From Pseudomonadota bacterium (lineage in GTDB: Bacteria; Bdellovibrionota; FAC87; UBA2466): a DNA stretch of 45,568 bases. Shown here piece after piece: positions 45,553 through 45,568 of this stretch (position 1 is its first letter; the number at the start of each line of letters is the position of its first letter). Location: NCBI GenBank assembly GCA_043767805.1, contig JAYUGC010000195.1:1-45568 (forward strand), in the 5' to 3' direction. The position numbers and the translations under genes are program-made. The notes below the pieces were generated by a model. The model was not told the origin of the DNA and searched no databases. It saw only the letters and a program-made list of their open reading frames with translations.

Positions 45553-45568
45553 GGAGGGCTTACTCGAA

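Overview
GC-rich (roughly 60% by eye) chromosomal segment of a diderm, LPS-making bacterium. The gene set (cdaA-cdaR-glmM-nnr-tsaE after tilS-ftsH, GYF_2 protein, VWA and Cys-rich lipoproteins, fungal-type glucoamylase) points to a Bdellovibrionota/Deltaproteobacteria-like organism (inference). The first ~20 kb is mostly housekeeping: partial sigma54 activator, rpmB, YdcF, porin, waaA, heptosyltransferase, argS, suhB, tilS, ftsH, cdaA, cdaR, glmM, nnr, tsaE. The rest is accessory: lipoproteins, an orphan wzm, a LysR remnant, an ECF sigma/Ser-Thr kinase pair, a GH15 glucoamylase, a Wzy/Wzc-type polysaccharide locus with two unusual beta-barrel proteins, ABC and MFS transporters, DUF4214, FkbM, queG, a PuuD-family hydrolase, a small 6-Cys secreted peptide and an ALDH. 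No rRNA, tRNA, CRISPR array or transposase was seen. Most notable: (1) a recurring sigma28-like promoter (5-nt AA-containing box, exactly 15 nt, then GCCGATAA or a variant) before non-flagellar genes, linking wzm, the ECF/kinase pair, the polysaccharide locus and possibly cdaA; (2) a ~204-nt rod-like inverted repeat at 22612-22815; (3) a polysaccharide locus with a dead kinase domain, no Wza and two barrel proteins; (4) a defensin-like (CSab Cys pattern) secreted peptide; (5) a heptosyltransferase with no canonical start, in frame directly after the argS stop; (6) a cluster of 21-nt units with a perfect 27-bp inverted repeat at the window end.
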